A DNA stretch of 64,000 bases, from contig NIVC01002874.1 of NCBI GenBank assembly GCA_002269645.1, positions 8,432-72,431 on the forward strand. The letters are read 5' to 3'. Source of the DNA: Macrostomum lignano (lineage: Eukaryota). Shown here in pieces: positions 10,955 to 23,537 of this stretch (the first letter of the stretch is position 1; every line of letters starts with the position of its first letter). The translations under genes and the position numbers were made by a program. A model generated the notes under the pieces. The model was not told where the DNA came from. It made no database searches and saw only the letters and a program-made list of their open reading frames with translations.

Positions 10955-13308
10955 TTCTTTATGCTGGTAATTGATCTGCCGATACAAATACAATAATATT
11001 ACTGTAAGTAGTGCGATTTCAACCGAAACTGATCAGTGGCAGAAAAATTAAAATTAATTCACTTATGCAAAATTTTAATAGAGAAAATTGATACACGTTA
11101 TAAGCAAAGCCATTGCAATCGCCCTAGAATGGAAAGAAAGCATTTTTCATAAATTCAACTTGACAGTTGAAGTGTATGACTAGCTATAAAACTCAGTCTC
11201 ACCCACAGAGAATAAGGCAACCACTGTTTAAAGCTTATGGTTTTATAAACTCTAAATTCAAAAAAATGATTAACTAAAAATACAAAAATTATAATAGATA
11301 GGAAAATATGTAAAATTTATATTACCAAAATATAATAACCAATTAGAATTTAATATCCTAGACCCTATTTAATAAAGAGTATAAAAAGATACTTACTTAT
11401 GGTTTTCTATTAGCTTTCATTTTTCTTAATTTCCATAATTGAAATCAACTTGTAATAATATTCAATGACATTTATCAGCCTGTTATTCACTAAATACAGC
11501 TAATAAAATGATACAATTAATGAGCATTAAAAGCCTCAAATTTTTAATAAGTTTTAATATGAGTATTTTCACTTTCATTGCAGGGGGCTAAAGCTCTAAA
11601 GTCCCTAGCATTGGGGATTTAAATAACAGAGTTTCAACTTTCAACACCATGTGCACATTGGGGTTGGGTGGTGGGGCTTAAGTTAAAATGAATGTTATTG
11701 CTTTCAATGTGAAGGGAGCTCTTAAGTCCCTAGAATTGGGAACTCAAGCAACAAAGACAGAAATGTTTGACACTACATTTAGAGATTGCTAGATTGCAAA
11801 TGAGGCTTCTTGGAAATCAACTGTTGAGTAGGCTATCAGCCTCAAAGAAGATCTTGCATGGTAATAATTGGATACTTTTTTACTTTAGTTACTTAAACAA
11901 TGAGAAAATATGTCAGGAGAGAGAAGAGAGAAGGAAGAGAGGAGAGGGAGAAAGAAGACAGAGAAAGAAGAGAGAAAGGGAAATAAGAGAGGATTAGAGG
12001 GGATAGAAGGAAAGAGAGAGAGAAGAGAAAATGAGGCAGAAAAGGAGAATCTCACCATTAGCCTGTGCAATCTCTGCAGCTTGAGCAGCAGCATTTTGTA
12101 TAGCAGCTCAGGGTAGAAGGCCTCCAACTCCAGCCAGATGACATGGCTAACTAGTCAAAGTTGTCGCCCATACAGTAGGTCAAAGACTGCATCAAGTGTG
12201 GCCTTGTATAGAGTCCTACTCTCAAATTTTACATATACATAAAAATTTTGACCTGAAAATATGCTTGGCATATAATATTTGGCATGCCACAATTGCTGCG
12301 CCACACTAAATTTGGGTGCCACTGTGCCAATTCATGGCATAGCCATAGTTGCAAACAAAAAATTACTTTTTAAAATACACTTCTTGTAATTTTTAAAAAA
12401 ACTAACCAAAAACAAGAAGCACTATACAATGATTACTTTATTCACTTACTATACTATAGGTTTGATATTGGCAATCCTCTACTTATGCACATTTAATTAT
12501 TTTTGGAATTTTTAACTAATTTTGAACAAAGTTTTAAGTTGAACAAAGTCAATGTGGTCAAAGTTTGAACAAAGTTGTAGTCTAAAAAGTTTCACAATTT
12601 AGGGTTAAGGTTAGGGTTAGGATTAGCAATCTCTTAGAATGCCAGTCCTTCCTACCTTAGTCCCTTTTTAAAAAATGGAGCAATTGCAGAACATTGTTAT
12701 TTTTTTTAAAAATAGCCCCCTAATTAAATGTGCAAAACATAGGCATAGGAATGTTTCAAAAAGCACAAGGCACACACCCCTGTCAAGTTAGATTTTTTAT
12801 ATGGAAAATGCACATTATCATATACCAATTATTTTCAGAATCCTTGTTAGTACCCATTTTATAAAGTGCCACAAGCACTCATTTTGGCGCTGCAGGCACT
12901 TATTTTAGTGCTGCAGGCATTCATTTTGGTGCTGCAGGCGCTACGTTTTGTTGCCCTAAAGCAAAATACATTTATGCAAAGTAGCAAAAACCAAAAAAGG
13001 AAGAAGTCTATATTTTACATTTAAAATATAGAGGGGCCAGCCTTGGCCAGATACCATTACTGGCCCCCTCATTTTAAAAAGTGAAAGGGCTGTGGCCCCA
13101 TTGGCCCCTGTTCCTACACTGGCATTCTTTCATTTTATAATCACCTAGCACTGACCCTATGGGAGTCGGGACTTTTGTTATACGATCCCAGCCCATAGAG
13201 AACAGAAAATTGCTTTTAAAATCAAATTTCAAAATGGGACCACTTTTAAGCATATCATTTTTAAAACATAAAATCTTGTGTCTTATAGAAGTTAGAAGCC
13301 AGTCACTT

Positions 13309-14171
13309 TCACTTTCGTTATATGATCATTTAAATGGTAAATTTATATATAGGCCTAGATGATTGCAAGACAAAACTAAAAGAGCTTGTAGGTTTTGAAT
13401 TATGATCACACCAGTAGTAGATTTGTATTTGAGAGATTGTATAACAAAATTGACTGGATTACTGTCCTAAATTGAAATTGTCATTGTAGAGCACTGAAAT
13501 GTAGGCATACCTAGTATATTTATGGAAGGGTGTAGCTTATATCCACTTTTGTCATATGATCATTTAAATGGTGAAATTATAAGTACATGATTGCAAGATG
13601 AAACCAAAAGAGCTTATAGATTTTGACTTACAACAATCACACTAATAGTAAAATTGTATTAGAGAGATTGTATGACAAAATGGTAAGAAATTGTTGCTAT
13701 AATAGATATTTCAATCAAACAATCAATCGTAGCCTCTAATATGTCTGCAGACATTAAATTATAAGATTCATTATAAGATTCGCAAGCATTGCCCCCTTCC
13801 CTCACTTTTGTCATACAATCATCCCTTGGTATAACACATAGGTCCAATGAACTAGGGGGATCATATAATGAAAGTGAGTGGGGGCTAGGGGCAGCATTTG
13901 CAAATCTTATAATGAATACAATTTCATTCTTGAACTGCTCCAAGGACTGGCTGTTAAATGTGGACTGGGACTCTATGTCTACAGAGTGACAATGATCACT
14001 TAATACAGCAATTTAGGAAATAGTAATCCATTCACTTTTGTCATATGATCCTTCTAATGCAATTCTACTAATTCAGTGATCATAATTCAAAACCTACAAG
14101 CTCTTTCAGTTTTGTCTTGTGATCATCTACATATAATTTCACCATTTAAATGATTGTATGACAAAAGTGAA
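13309..14171. repeat. Cluster of four short units with inverted-repeat ends (TCACTTTYGTYATATGATC ... GATTGTATRACAAAA(G)TGA), MITE/foldback-like: 13309-13453, 13543-13683, 13801-13878, 14031-14171 (inverted)
   Basis: Shared ends; the internal AAAGAGCTTGTAGGTTTTGAA of unit 1 occurs reverse-complemented in unit 4. Confidence 0.65.
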
Positions 14172-15669
14172 TATAAGCTACATGCTTTCACAACTCTGCT
14201 ATGCCCACAATCCTTAAGTTGACTGAAAAGTGAGTTGCAATGATTTTTTCTTGAAAAATAAATGTGAAACAGACTTTTTTGATAAACTAGAGTGTCTTTT
14301 CGACTCTTTTATAATGGGGATCATAAGACAAAACTTGACCTGCTTAGGGATTGTAAAATGAAAGAATGCCCTTACACCTATGGCTATGGTGTTGGTGCGA
14401 AACTAGATTGCCTAAATAAGATATTCTATAAATAAAGTAAAACAGTAAGTTGGTCCTACTTTTACTTGCATACACACTAACAATAATATACATTTACCAA
14501 AGGAACATGCCAGGCCCAGGCCTTCTAGACTTGCGGCTTACAGCTAATTCTACATATAGGCAAATGACAATTATGACACATAGTCATAATGGTTAGGCCT
14601 ACCAAGATGTGGCCATGGGCAACATTTTAGACATCTTGCTTATTCAATTTTCTGAGTATATGGACACCAAACTTGGTTACAAGGCTATGTACTTAACTTA
14701 ATATATAGCATAAGTGTGTAGCCTATAAAACGGCTGCCTGTGCTGTGCACACAACTAACAAAGTAGGCCTGGGTTGGTACTGGTACTGGTACGTCATAAA
14801 ACTGTTTAAAATGACAAAAAATGGTGGCATTTGTCGCACCCCAGAAAATAAGACTAACACAGGAATGCTTGTCAAGGTGCTGGACCAGGTATACTAGAAA
14901 AGTAAAATCTATTTAGTATTTAAGTTCAACAGTTTTTTGCTTGGCTGCAGTGAACTGTGAGTGGGAGAGTGTGACGTTGAACAAGTTAGAAAGATAGTTA
15001 GAGGTCCGGGTTGGAGGGTTAGAGTAGTACTATTTTACAGAACTATTTTACTGTTCGCGCCGGGTTAGAGAGCTCCGCGGTGCTAATTCGTCGTCATTGT
15101 GCAAATCAAATTGTGAATTACACATAGGAAATTAATCCAATCAGTAATAAAATACAGCTCAAAAGGATTAATTTTAATGAGTTTTAGACACAATTGAAAA
15201 TCTTGCGATTAACACACAAAGTACATTTGTTTATTTGTAAATTGTACCTTCAGCATAACTACTGGCGGAAGGCTAACTCGCAGTAAAAGAAAAGAATTAG
15301 GTCTAATTTGCATATTTATTTACTCAATTCATTTCATTATACTCACCCATTGAATAGAGCACATCGCATTCCAGCAATTATGTGTCCTTGCTTTTTTATC
15401 AAACTCGAATTAAAACCAATGTCTTATTGGTCATGCAGCTATATATTTTGCAGCTAGCATTGACTGATTTGCAGTGACAAAATTTAACGTCCACCTAATA
15501 CCCAACAATGCCAGCAATTTTAGTCTCAGACGAAGGTCGACTTTGAAATCTGCATTTAAGTACTTAGCCATGTATATTGTCTTTTATTCCTTAAATTCCT
15601 TAAATCAAACAAGGATATGCAGCTAAGGTGGATAATCTGATCTCTGATCGATCATGAGCTGTGACCATG

Positions 15670-15871
15670 CAGGCGCCGCGGAACAGAGGGGGGGGGGCAG
15701 GGGGGCAGCTGCCCCCTGACATTGAGTTGGGGGGGCATTGCCCTCCCTCAAATACCGTTCAACAGCATAATTTTGCTCAAATTTTTGGTTACTGTCCAAG
15801 ACAGGGTCTGGGCTTGAGTTTCGGAAACTTGGTCCTGCCCCCCCTGGCAAAAACTCGTTCCGCGGCGCCTG
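15670..15871. mobile_element. 202-bp hAT-type MITE
   Basis: Perfect 15-bp TIR CAGGCGCCGCGGAAC / GTTCCGCGGCGCCTG flanked by a perfect 8-bp TSD TGACCATG (15662-15669 and 15872-15879). CAGG termini plus 8-bp TSD are hAT hallmarks. Confidence 0.9.
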
Positions 15872-17579
15872 TGACCATGCAAAGGCCAGGCCTGCTAATG
15901 GCGGGGCTCATTTTCTAATAAGCCCCGCAGCTATTAATATACTCTCCAATCCACGAGTTATAATAAATTGGTACTTTTTACGCATGCAAGAACGGAACAA
16001 GTACTTGATGTTGCATATGAATCGATATATTACGATCCAAATCTGAAACGTGTCACCATATCAATGTGCTCGATCATGCATTAAACTCCAAAGGCGCGCG
16101 TTTTGTCTTGTTTTAGTGTGTAGTGCTACTATAAAAACAAGTGTTTTGGAATACGCGTATCTGTGTTTGAGCTGACCATTTTCATATATTTTATTACATG
16201 TACATCAATCTCATTAACAAAAAACCAAGGAATATACAGTGGTCCTTAAAAATGGATCTTCACTGTTTTCAGGCTTAGTATACATCATACTTTTAAATTA
16301 AAAATGTTGATAAATTTTACATTAGACGTGCAGCTCAAAAGTTAGCCTTTTATAGTTTAGCCCAGCTGCCAGCTGTGCGTACGATACATGCGCATGTACA
16401 GGTAGCTTTACTAACGCAGAAAAAAGCAGACTGGCTCCCTTTGGAAAAATCTATCAAAAAGTCAGCGGACATTAAAACTCGTACACATTTTACCTTGGAA
16501 TTCATCATTGATTGCTCGATCAATCCTTACTGTAGAAATTAGTTACATGTATGATGTACCAATGAAATGATTTACATGTACATGGTTGTTGTGTACATGT
16601 ATGAAACAGTTCTATATACACAGACAGCGAAATCGACTGAAGTTTCCGGCGTTTGTTTGACGTTTCTGGCAAATGGGTACTTTTTACAGTAACGCCGACG
16701 TTTCGGCCGACAATGTCGTTTTGCTTCGGTGAACTGTAAAGATACCCTGCACCTGGCATCTGCCACCGGACGTTGGCGGATGATGAATTTTTCACGGGGA
16801 TACATGTAAACGTACTTATTTAGGCTTATACAGATACTACTTCAACTCTTCAAGTGGGTGAATGTGAGTAGTAGTGTTGTATAGTCAGTCTACAAAATTT
16901 TTATTCTTCAAACTCATGCAATTTAGTATTTAATTAACCATCTATTCGCTTTGCTCAATGTGCGCACTTACTGTTTCTTAGTCAAAAATAGCTCAGTTTG
17001 AGAGCTGTGCAGCACTTTTTTAAAACGCTGCATAGAGCCCACCCACACTATGCATTTAAAAAAGTAAGCGTGCACACACACAATGAAACTGGGCAAATAA
17101 CAATGCTCCGTCTTGGATAGTTGGAACAGAAATTAGAAATACGAAAGGCGTAGCTGCTTGCTGTTTCGAGTGGGGGCGAAAAAGAATATAAGAAGTAGAA
17201 TGGCATGCTATGTATGGCTTGCAGAGGTCCAGATTGAGCCTTAACCTAGCCAACACACGAACAGGCCAAAGTATGCGGCTATGCAAATTAATACGCGAAT
17301 GCAGCTCATAACTATAGAACAATGCAGTTCGCATCGGATGCCTGTGTGAGCCAGCTGCAGGGGTGCAGCCAGGATTCTTCAACTCTCTGTGCATCTATAC
17401 TCGTGTTGGACAGGGCCGCGGTAAAGAGTAAATAAAAGTTGTAAAGCCTTAGTTCGGAAAGGGCCGCATCGACGTAAAAAAACCCGACTCGATTTGAATA
17501 ATCAAAGATTAGCAAAATAAAATTATCTTTGGTGCCGATCGTGGCGCACTCACCAATTAAGTTGAGCATCTGAGCGGCA

Positions 17580-19016
17580 ATGGAATTTGTAACTAACTTT
17601 CGTACTCTTTCGTACGTCAATTACATCGGCGTTGACGATTTCTCCGATCGTCTGAGCTACCAGATTAGCAGCAGCATCCTGACCATGCTGGGCATACTGG
17701 TGACAGCGCGCACCTACGCTATGATGCCGATCGCCTGCTACATACCGCAGGGATTTGGCTTTGAGAACGGCCAGCTGGACTTTGTGGATCAATACTGCTT
17801 GACAGAGGGCACTTACGCTGTTGACGTCAGGCATTTCCATCTTCATAGCGAACGAAACGATGGCGGGCTGAGCGCCTACGCGGAGCATAAAATCTACTAC
17901 TACCAGTGGGTGCCGCTTGTGCTCGGCTTCCAGGCTGTGCTGTGCTGCCTGCCCCGCCTGGTCTGGCGCATGGTCAGCTTCGACCGGGCCGGCACTGACG
18001 TCGGGCGAATCGTCAAGCTGGCCAAGGACGCCTCGGAGGACTCTAGCGGCGGCCTGACGCGCAGGCGGATGGTCACGCATATTGCCAGGTTAATCCAGAG
18101 GATGATCAAACGACGCCTGCCACCGAAGAAAGAAGAAAGTGGACAGTTAGACGCCCGGGCGCGCCTAATTGTGGCCTGGCGCACGTTCAGTCGCATGAAG
18201 CCATCGCAGCTTAGTGGAAACTACCTGATTATTACCTATCTGCTAATCAAGTTTGCCTACCTGTTGAACGCCGTAGGCCAGTTGCTTACAATGAAAGAGT
18301 TTCTACAATTGAACTCCACGCGCTACACGATGCCTGGAATTGATCTACTCAGAGAGGTGCTGGCCGACATCGACTGGCAGAACACCATGGTGTTCCCTCG
18401 AGTGGGCGCCTGCGCCGTGAAGATGCGCTCCGCCGTTGGAGTGAACTGGCTGTACGCCCAGTGCGCCCTGCCGGTCAACATGATCAACGAGAAGATTTAC
18501 GTATTTCTGTGGTTCTGGTTCTTCGTGGTCGCCGTGGTAACAATAGTGAGCGCATTCGGTTGGCTCTACCGTCTGGCCTGGCGCTTCAGCCTGATCAACT
18601 TTGTCAAGGACTACCTGCGTCTTGCGGACAACTATAGCGAACTAAAATCTAAAAAGCATCTGATGCACAAGTTTGTTAAGCGGTATTTGAGTCGCGACGG
18701 TGCCTTCTTAATGAAAATGATTGCGCTCAACTGCGGTGATATGGTCTGCGCAGACGTGGTCAACGCTATGTGGGAGAGCTTTCTGTTGCGCGAGAAACTT
18801 GGCGACGCCTCGAATTCACCAGAGTTGCCCGGACTGCTGGCTCTGAACTGCCACGGGCTGCCCGCTTCCAACTGCGTGAATAGGCGCAGAAAAATGCTGA
18901 GGTGGCAGAAGAGCGCACCGGAGTCAAATCAACCACCAGTGGACTTGGACGAGCTGACTGAGCACGCCGCGGAGCTGGAGCAGTGCCGGAAGGAGGGCCG
19001 CGAGATCGACCCCTGA
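17580..19016 (+). CDS. inx: Innexin (gap-junction/channel protein), single exon, 478 aa
   Basis: DDFSDRL, CYIP...YCLTEGTY, YYQWVP, FPRVGAC, CALPVNMINEKIYVFLWFW, YLSRDGAF motifs; four hydrophobic segments. Confidence 0.96.
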   Translation: MEFVTNFRTLSYVNYIGVDDFSDRLSYQISSSILTMLGILVTARTYAMMPIACYIPQGFGFENGQLDFVDQYCLTEGTYAVDVRHFHLHSERNDGGLSAYAEHKIYYYQWVPLVLGFQAVLCCLPRLVWRMVSFDRAGTDVGRIVKLAKDASEDSSGGLTRRRMVTHIARLIQRMIKRRLPPKKEESGQLDARARLIVAWRTFSRMKPSQLSGNYLIITYLLIKFAYLLNAVGQLLTMKEFLQLNSTRYTMPGIDLLREVLADIDWQNTMVFPRVGACAVKMRSAVGVNWLYAQCALPVNMINEKIYVFLWFWFFVVAVVTIVSAFGWLYRLAWRFSLINFVKDYLRLADNYSELKSKKHLMHKFVKRYLSRDGAFLMKMIALNCGDMVCADVVNAMWESFLLREKLGDASNSPELPGLLALNCHGLPASNCVNRRRKMLRWQKSAPESNQPPVDLDELTEHAAELEQCRKEGREIDP

Positions 19017-20866
19017 TACCTGGGTCGCTGTTGCCACGCCGAATCCTGTGTGCTTTGATATGAGTCAGGTTTCAGTTCTATTGACTTTTGACCAAGCAAC
19101 TTTAAAACTCTTCGTGTCTTTTCGTTGCACATTTAACCGTTTTTCTATGTAATTTTCCCATACTTGGGTTTCACTAATTACCAAGCGCCAAACCAGCACG
19201 CAACTGACCCTGTCTGTCTTTCAACTTGACAGCTTAAATTATTATTCTCGTTTTATCCTTGTGATCTATTTAGGCATGGATGATCCTCGTTTTTACTTTT
19301 ATTATGTTTCTCGTATATATTTCAAGTTTTTTTTTCATTTTTAAACCAGAAATCGCATTCCAATTGGTAATGACGACAATTATAAAAATAATTGTACCAA
19401 TCAATACTTCAAATACTATTTACCTAAAATAACGTCCTTTTGAATCGCGGTCATCAAATGAACTTTAATTTCGTAGAATCACACGATTTTTACATTAATT
19501 TCATTCCTTTATACATCAATCGTGTGATTTGATAGCGATGTGAAGACTCTAAACAAACAATGTGACCATCGTTTAGGTTGTGCAGTGACCATTGTTTAGG
19601 TTGTGACCGTTTTTTTAGTTTGTGACCATTTGTTACGAGCTACAGCCTCCAATACTGCGTTTCCATTGTATTACGATTGAAGTTATGAAAGAAGTATGAA
19701 TATATGTTTCAAATATCCTTTGCTAAATAAATGTTATAGTAGCGATTGTACATTCCAATTGCTAGCCACTATAAAGATTAATATAACACCTATAACAGAA
19801 AGTTTAACACAAAATATCTGTTAAACACTGTGGTTCATGCTTACACACCTATATGCACTTTATAAAATGGCATAAATTGCTGCGACCCATTTTCTGTGCA
19901 AGCCATGTTAATATAGAAAAATTCAGAATCGAAACATTTCCTCGTCAGGTAGATACATGTAGTAGCACTTTGTTCTGTGTTCTAAAAGAATGCTTCAGTG
20001 TTCCAATGTTTACTGTTGGGCTATAGTACGCGGTCGTCCCGGTTGCGTACGATATTGGGTGGCGTTGGAATGTGCGATGTGCGCGCAACGCATGCAGCAA
20101 CTGCCAGCTGCAGCATCAACAAAAATCTCATTCGCTGCAGACGTTACGAGCTTATAGACAACCGCCTTGACAACCTTGAAAGCGCGCTCGAATCGCTCCC
20201 ACCCCCTACCCTTCTGGACTAGAGCGTAGATTCCCTCTGGCACACTTTCTTCCCCAGTCGCATCCCATTCCTGTGTTTCGAATAAGGCCGTTTTGCTAAA
20301 CCCGATCAATAATTTTGCAGATGGAGCGTATAGGGGCGATGGGGGCCAGAGAAAGGAACGAGCTAAACAGTGTTTGTCCGTGGTCTGCAGGAGAGGTACC
20401 GATTGGCGTGAAGGCTACGCCATTGTCTACTAGTTCGGGGGAAGAATCCCCTTCAGCCTTTGGTCCTGCCTCCGACTTTTGCCGCTACCCCCAAGCCATT
20501 CTAGGATCGGAAATAAAAGGAGGGGTTTGAGGGGCGAACCGTTCCCTCGGTGGTTGCAGTGCCACTGGTTTATCTTTTGTACACGATTTCTGATTCTCGG
20601 CTTGAAAACAGGGTGAGTATTAAGTATTGTATATTCGACTAGATAAATAAAAATGTGGGTTACTCTCTAGCAAATATAAATATAAAAGGGCCACTGTACA
20701 TGTACATACAAGACCGTGTTAAACGTATTAATCCAGAACTTGCCCTTACACAAATCATTCCTGGATAGTCGTTTGTCCACGTGACCTACGCTCGTATTAT
20801 TCTTATAGATTTCTCAGTTTGTCTAATAAAACTTGCACCAATCCAAAATTCCATTGGAGGGAGCAG

Positions 20867-22274
20867 ATGGAGGACGTGCGGAACGACCAGGGCGGCAATT
20901 TCAGCTGCACCAGCTGCAGCAAGGCGCTCACCGGGCAGCGCTACATCCTGCGCGAGGAGAAGCCGCACTGCATTCAGTGCTACGAGCAGGTGTTCGCTAA
21001 CAGCTGCGAACAATGCAAGGAGAAGATTGGCTGCGATTCCAAGGTAAGCTGGATGGTAACATGTAATATTGACTTATCAAAAAACAGTAAACGCAAATTG
21101 CATGTACCCGTATGAGTTCGGAGCGACGTTTTTTTAGTAAAGGTTCTTCTTTAGAAGCTTTTCAAAAGGACCGTACTACTTTAGTATAACAGTACGTGAA
21201 ACTCAAAGATCGTGTAATGTTTTACACCTTCTTTACACCTTTGACACTGGAATGGAGATTAGTAGGCTATTGTGTCCGTTAAGTTTCGGCTTAGTTCCCA
21301 TTGCTAAGTATATAATGGTACAAGCGGATTCCCGTCCTCTCCAGGACCTGTCGTACAAGGACCGGCACTGGCACGAGCGCTGCTTCAAGTGCTCCTCCTG
21401 CCAGGGCAGCCTGGTTGACAAGCCCTTCGCCACTAAAGACGACGCGTTGTTCTGTTCAAATTGTCACGACGAAAAATACGCCGCCCGTTGCGACGGCTGC
21501 GGCAAGCCGTTCAACGCCGGGATTCGCAAGTACGAATACCACGGCAAGCAGTGGCATGAGGACTGCTTCCTGTGCAAGGAGTGCCGAGAGCCAATTGGCA
21601 GCCGTTCGTTCATCCCGCGCGACCAAGAGGTCTGCTGCGTGCCCTGCTACGAGCAGAAGTACGCGCAGAAGTGCCGCAAATGCGAGCAGGCTATTAAACG
21701 CGGCGGAGTCACGTACAAAGGCGAGCCCTACCACAAGGAGTGCCTGGTGTGCGGCAACTGCAACGGGCAGCTGGCTGGAGTGAAGTTCACCAGCAAGGAG
21801 AACAAGCCCTACTGTGCCGAATGCTACGGCCAACTATTTGCTAAGAAGTGCTGTCGCTGCACCCAGCCAATCACGGGTCAGTCAGTGCGCTAACCTGGGG
21901 TTACGACCAGTAGTATTATTAGGACATTGAAGCTTGAGAAAGGAAATGACGAGACCAATCTTGCCTTTAACTTTTGTTTTCCATAGTAAATTGCATCGAA
22001 TAAGGTTTTATTATAATACGGAAAGTAAAGGGCAGAGAAGCTCAGCGGAAAAATTTATTCTTTTAAGTTTGGGGCAGAATTTCTTTTGATAATAAATAGA
22101 AAAATTCTCTGAACACATTCAAACCTAGGCTTCGGTGGCTGCAAGTTCATCTCGTTCGAGGACAGGCACTGGCACTCGGACTGCTTCGTGTGCTACAAGT
22201 GCTCAGTGAACCTGGTCGGCCGCGGCTTCCTAACAGACGGCGATGAAATTCTGTGTCCGGAGTGCGGCCGCTGA
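20867..22274 (+). CDS. FHL2: Four-and-a-half-LIM (FHL2/Limpet-like) protein; exons 20867-21043, 21345-21876, 22129-22274 (further 5' exons possible)
   Basis: Half-LIM followed by four LIM domains (RHWHERCFKC, KQWHEDCFLC, EPYHKECLVC, RHWHSDCFVC). Junctions AAG|GTAAGC...CCAG|GAC (phase 0) and ACGG|GTCAGT...CTAG|GC (phase 1) are in frame; ends CPECGR*. Confidence 0.92.
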
Positions 22275-23537
22275 GTCTCGTATTTAGGATACGGGGAGGA
22301 AGCCAGAAAGCACACGATGGCGAATGTCCTAATTCAACTACTTACTCACAGCTGCAGTAGTATAGCTTGGTTATTTATGAACGCACAGTCGCCAATAGGC
22401 TTCAACAGCAGCAGTAGAATTACACAGAGTTTTTGTTAGAAAATTTCAACTTTGAAACATCAATTGATGCACAAAAGAAACGAAAAAGACGCAAGATTTT
22501 ATATGCTACTAATGCATCAATAGTTGGCTTAAACGCATTGATCCATTCGATTGATAATCATTATTTTCTTTTTTAGCCACTTTCCCTTTATATATAAAAT
22601 ATTTATGCTTAACTTTAACAGCTAAACAAAGCTTATATAGCCTTTATAAAAACCCATCTAATAACTTAACAAATACACATAATATATTCTATTGTTATAA
22701 ATTCACTCATTGGACAAAACGATAATTTGCGAATCAATTATTTATAAACGCAAACGAAACACTTCAGACGCAGTTATTTAACTTTTTTTTCATTAAAAGC
22801 GATTTATATATTTTTTATAATGAAATAAAATAATATAAGTACAGCGCAAATAATGAACAGAAATAGCCAATGTAAAAAACATTATATTTACAATTCAGAA
22901 AAGAAATCATAACACAATTATCACTGATATAATAATAATAACAATATTAGTTTTAAATAAAAACAAAATTAAAATTAATTCAGCCACGCACCAATCCTAC
23001 TAATAGTAGAGGAAAAGCGTGTAAACAAATCCTATTTATATCTGTTATAAAATAAAAGCAGCGTTATTAAGATGAGAAGTTTAAATCGAAATCAATTATT
23101 TCTACATAACAGACAAAAAAACAAATTTGATACATCGATTTTCATAACTTTTGTTGAGACATCTGGACACCAAATTTGGATATAGGGACTGAATAGGAAT
23201 GGAGCAGCTTACTAGTTTATAAGCCTATTAATTTATCTTATTAGGATTTCTATTGAAAATATATAATGGGATTTTAATTCAGACTATATAATGGGATTTC
23301 AATTCAGATTACATCAACGGGGTTTTAATTCAGAATATTGGGTGGGGATCTCTATAAGGATATTTTCTACGTAATTGTAGGACTATATATATATATATAC
23401 TATAATATAATTACTAACTGAAAAACATTACGAGTATACCTTTGGCCTCTGATAAATTAGGCGCGCTACTAATGTACTAAGGAAACAAATGTACTTTTAT
23501 CCTTATAATCAATTTCCTCTTCTCCTTTGTTGACGCG

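Noticed and set aside
12055-12195. Coding-like stretch on the minus strand (LYKATLDAVFDLLYGRQL*...WLELEAFYPELLYKMLL) with a GTGAG donor
   Set aside because: In-frame stop and no recognisable family; cannot be linked to the ADAR-like gene from sequence alone.
12601-12626. TTAGGG-like words (also near 40387-40420)
   Set aside because: Only two or three imperfect units; too short to call interstitial telomere.
14760-14795. GGCCTGGGTTGGTACT resembling the 5S rRNA internal promoter
   Set aside because: Match is under 20 nt and the flanks do not continue the 5S sequence.
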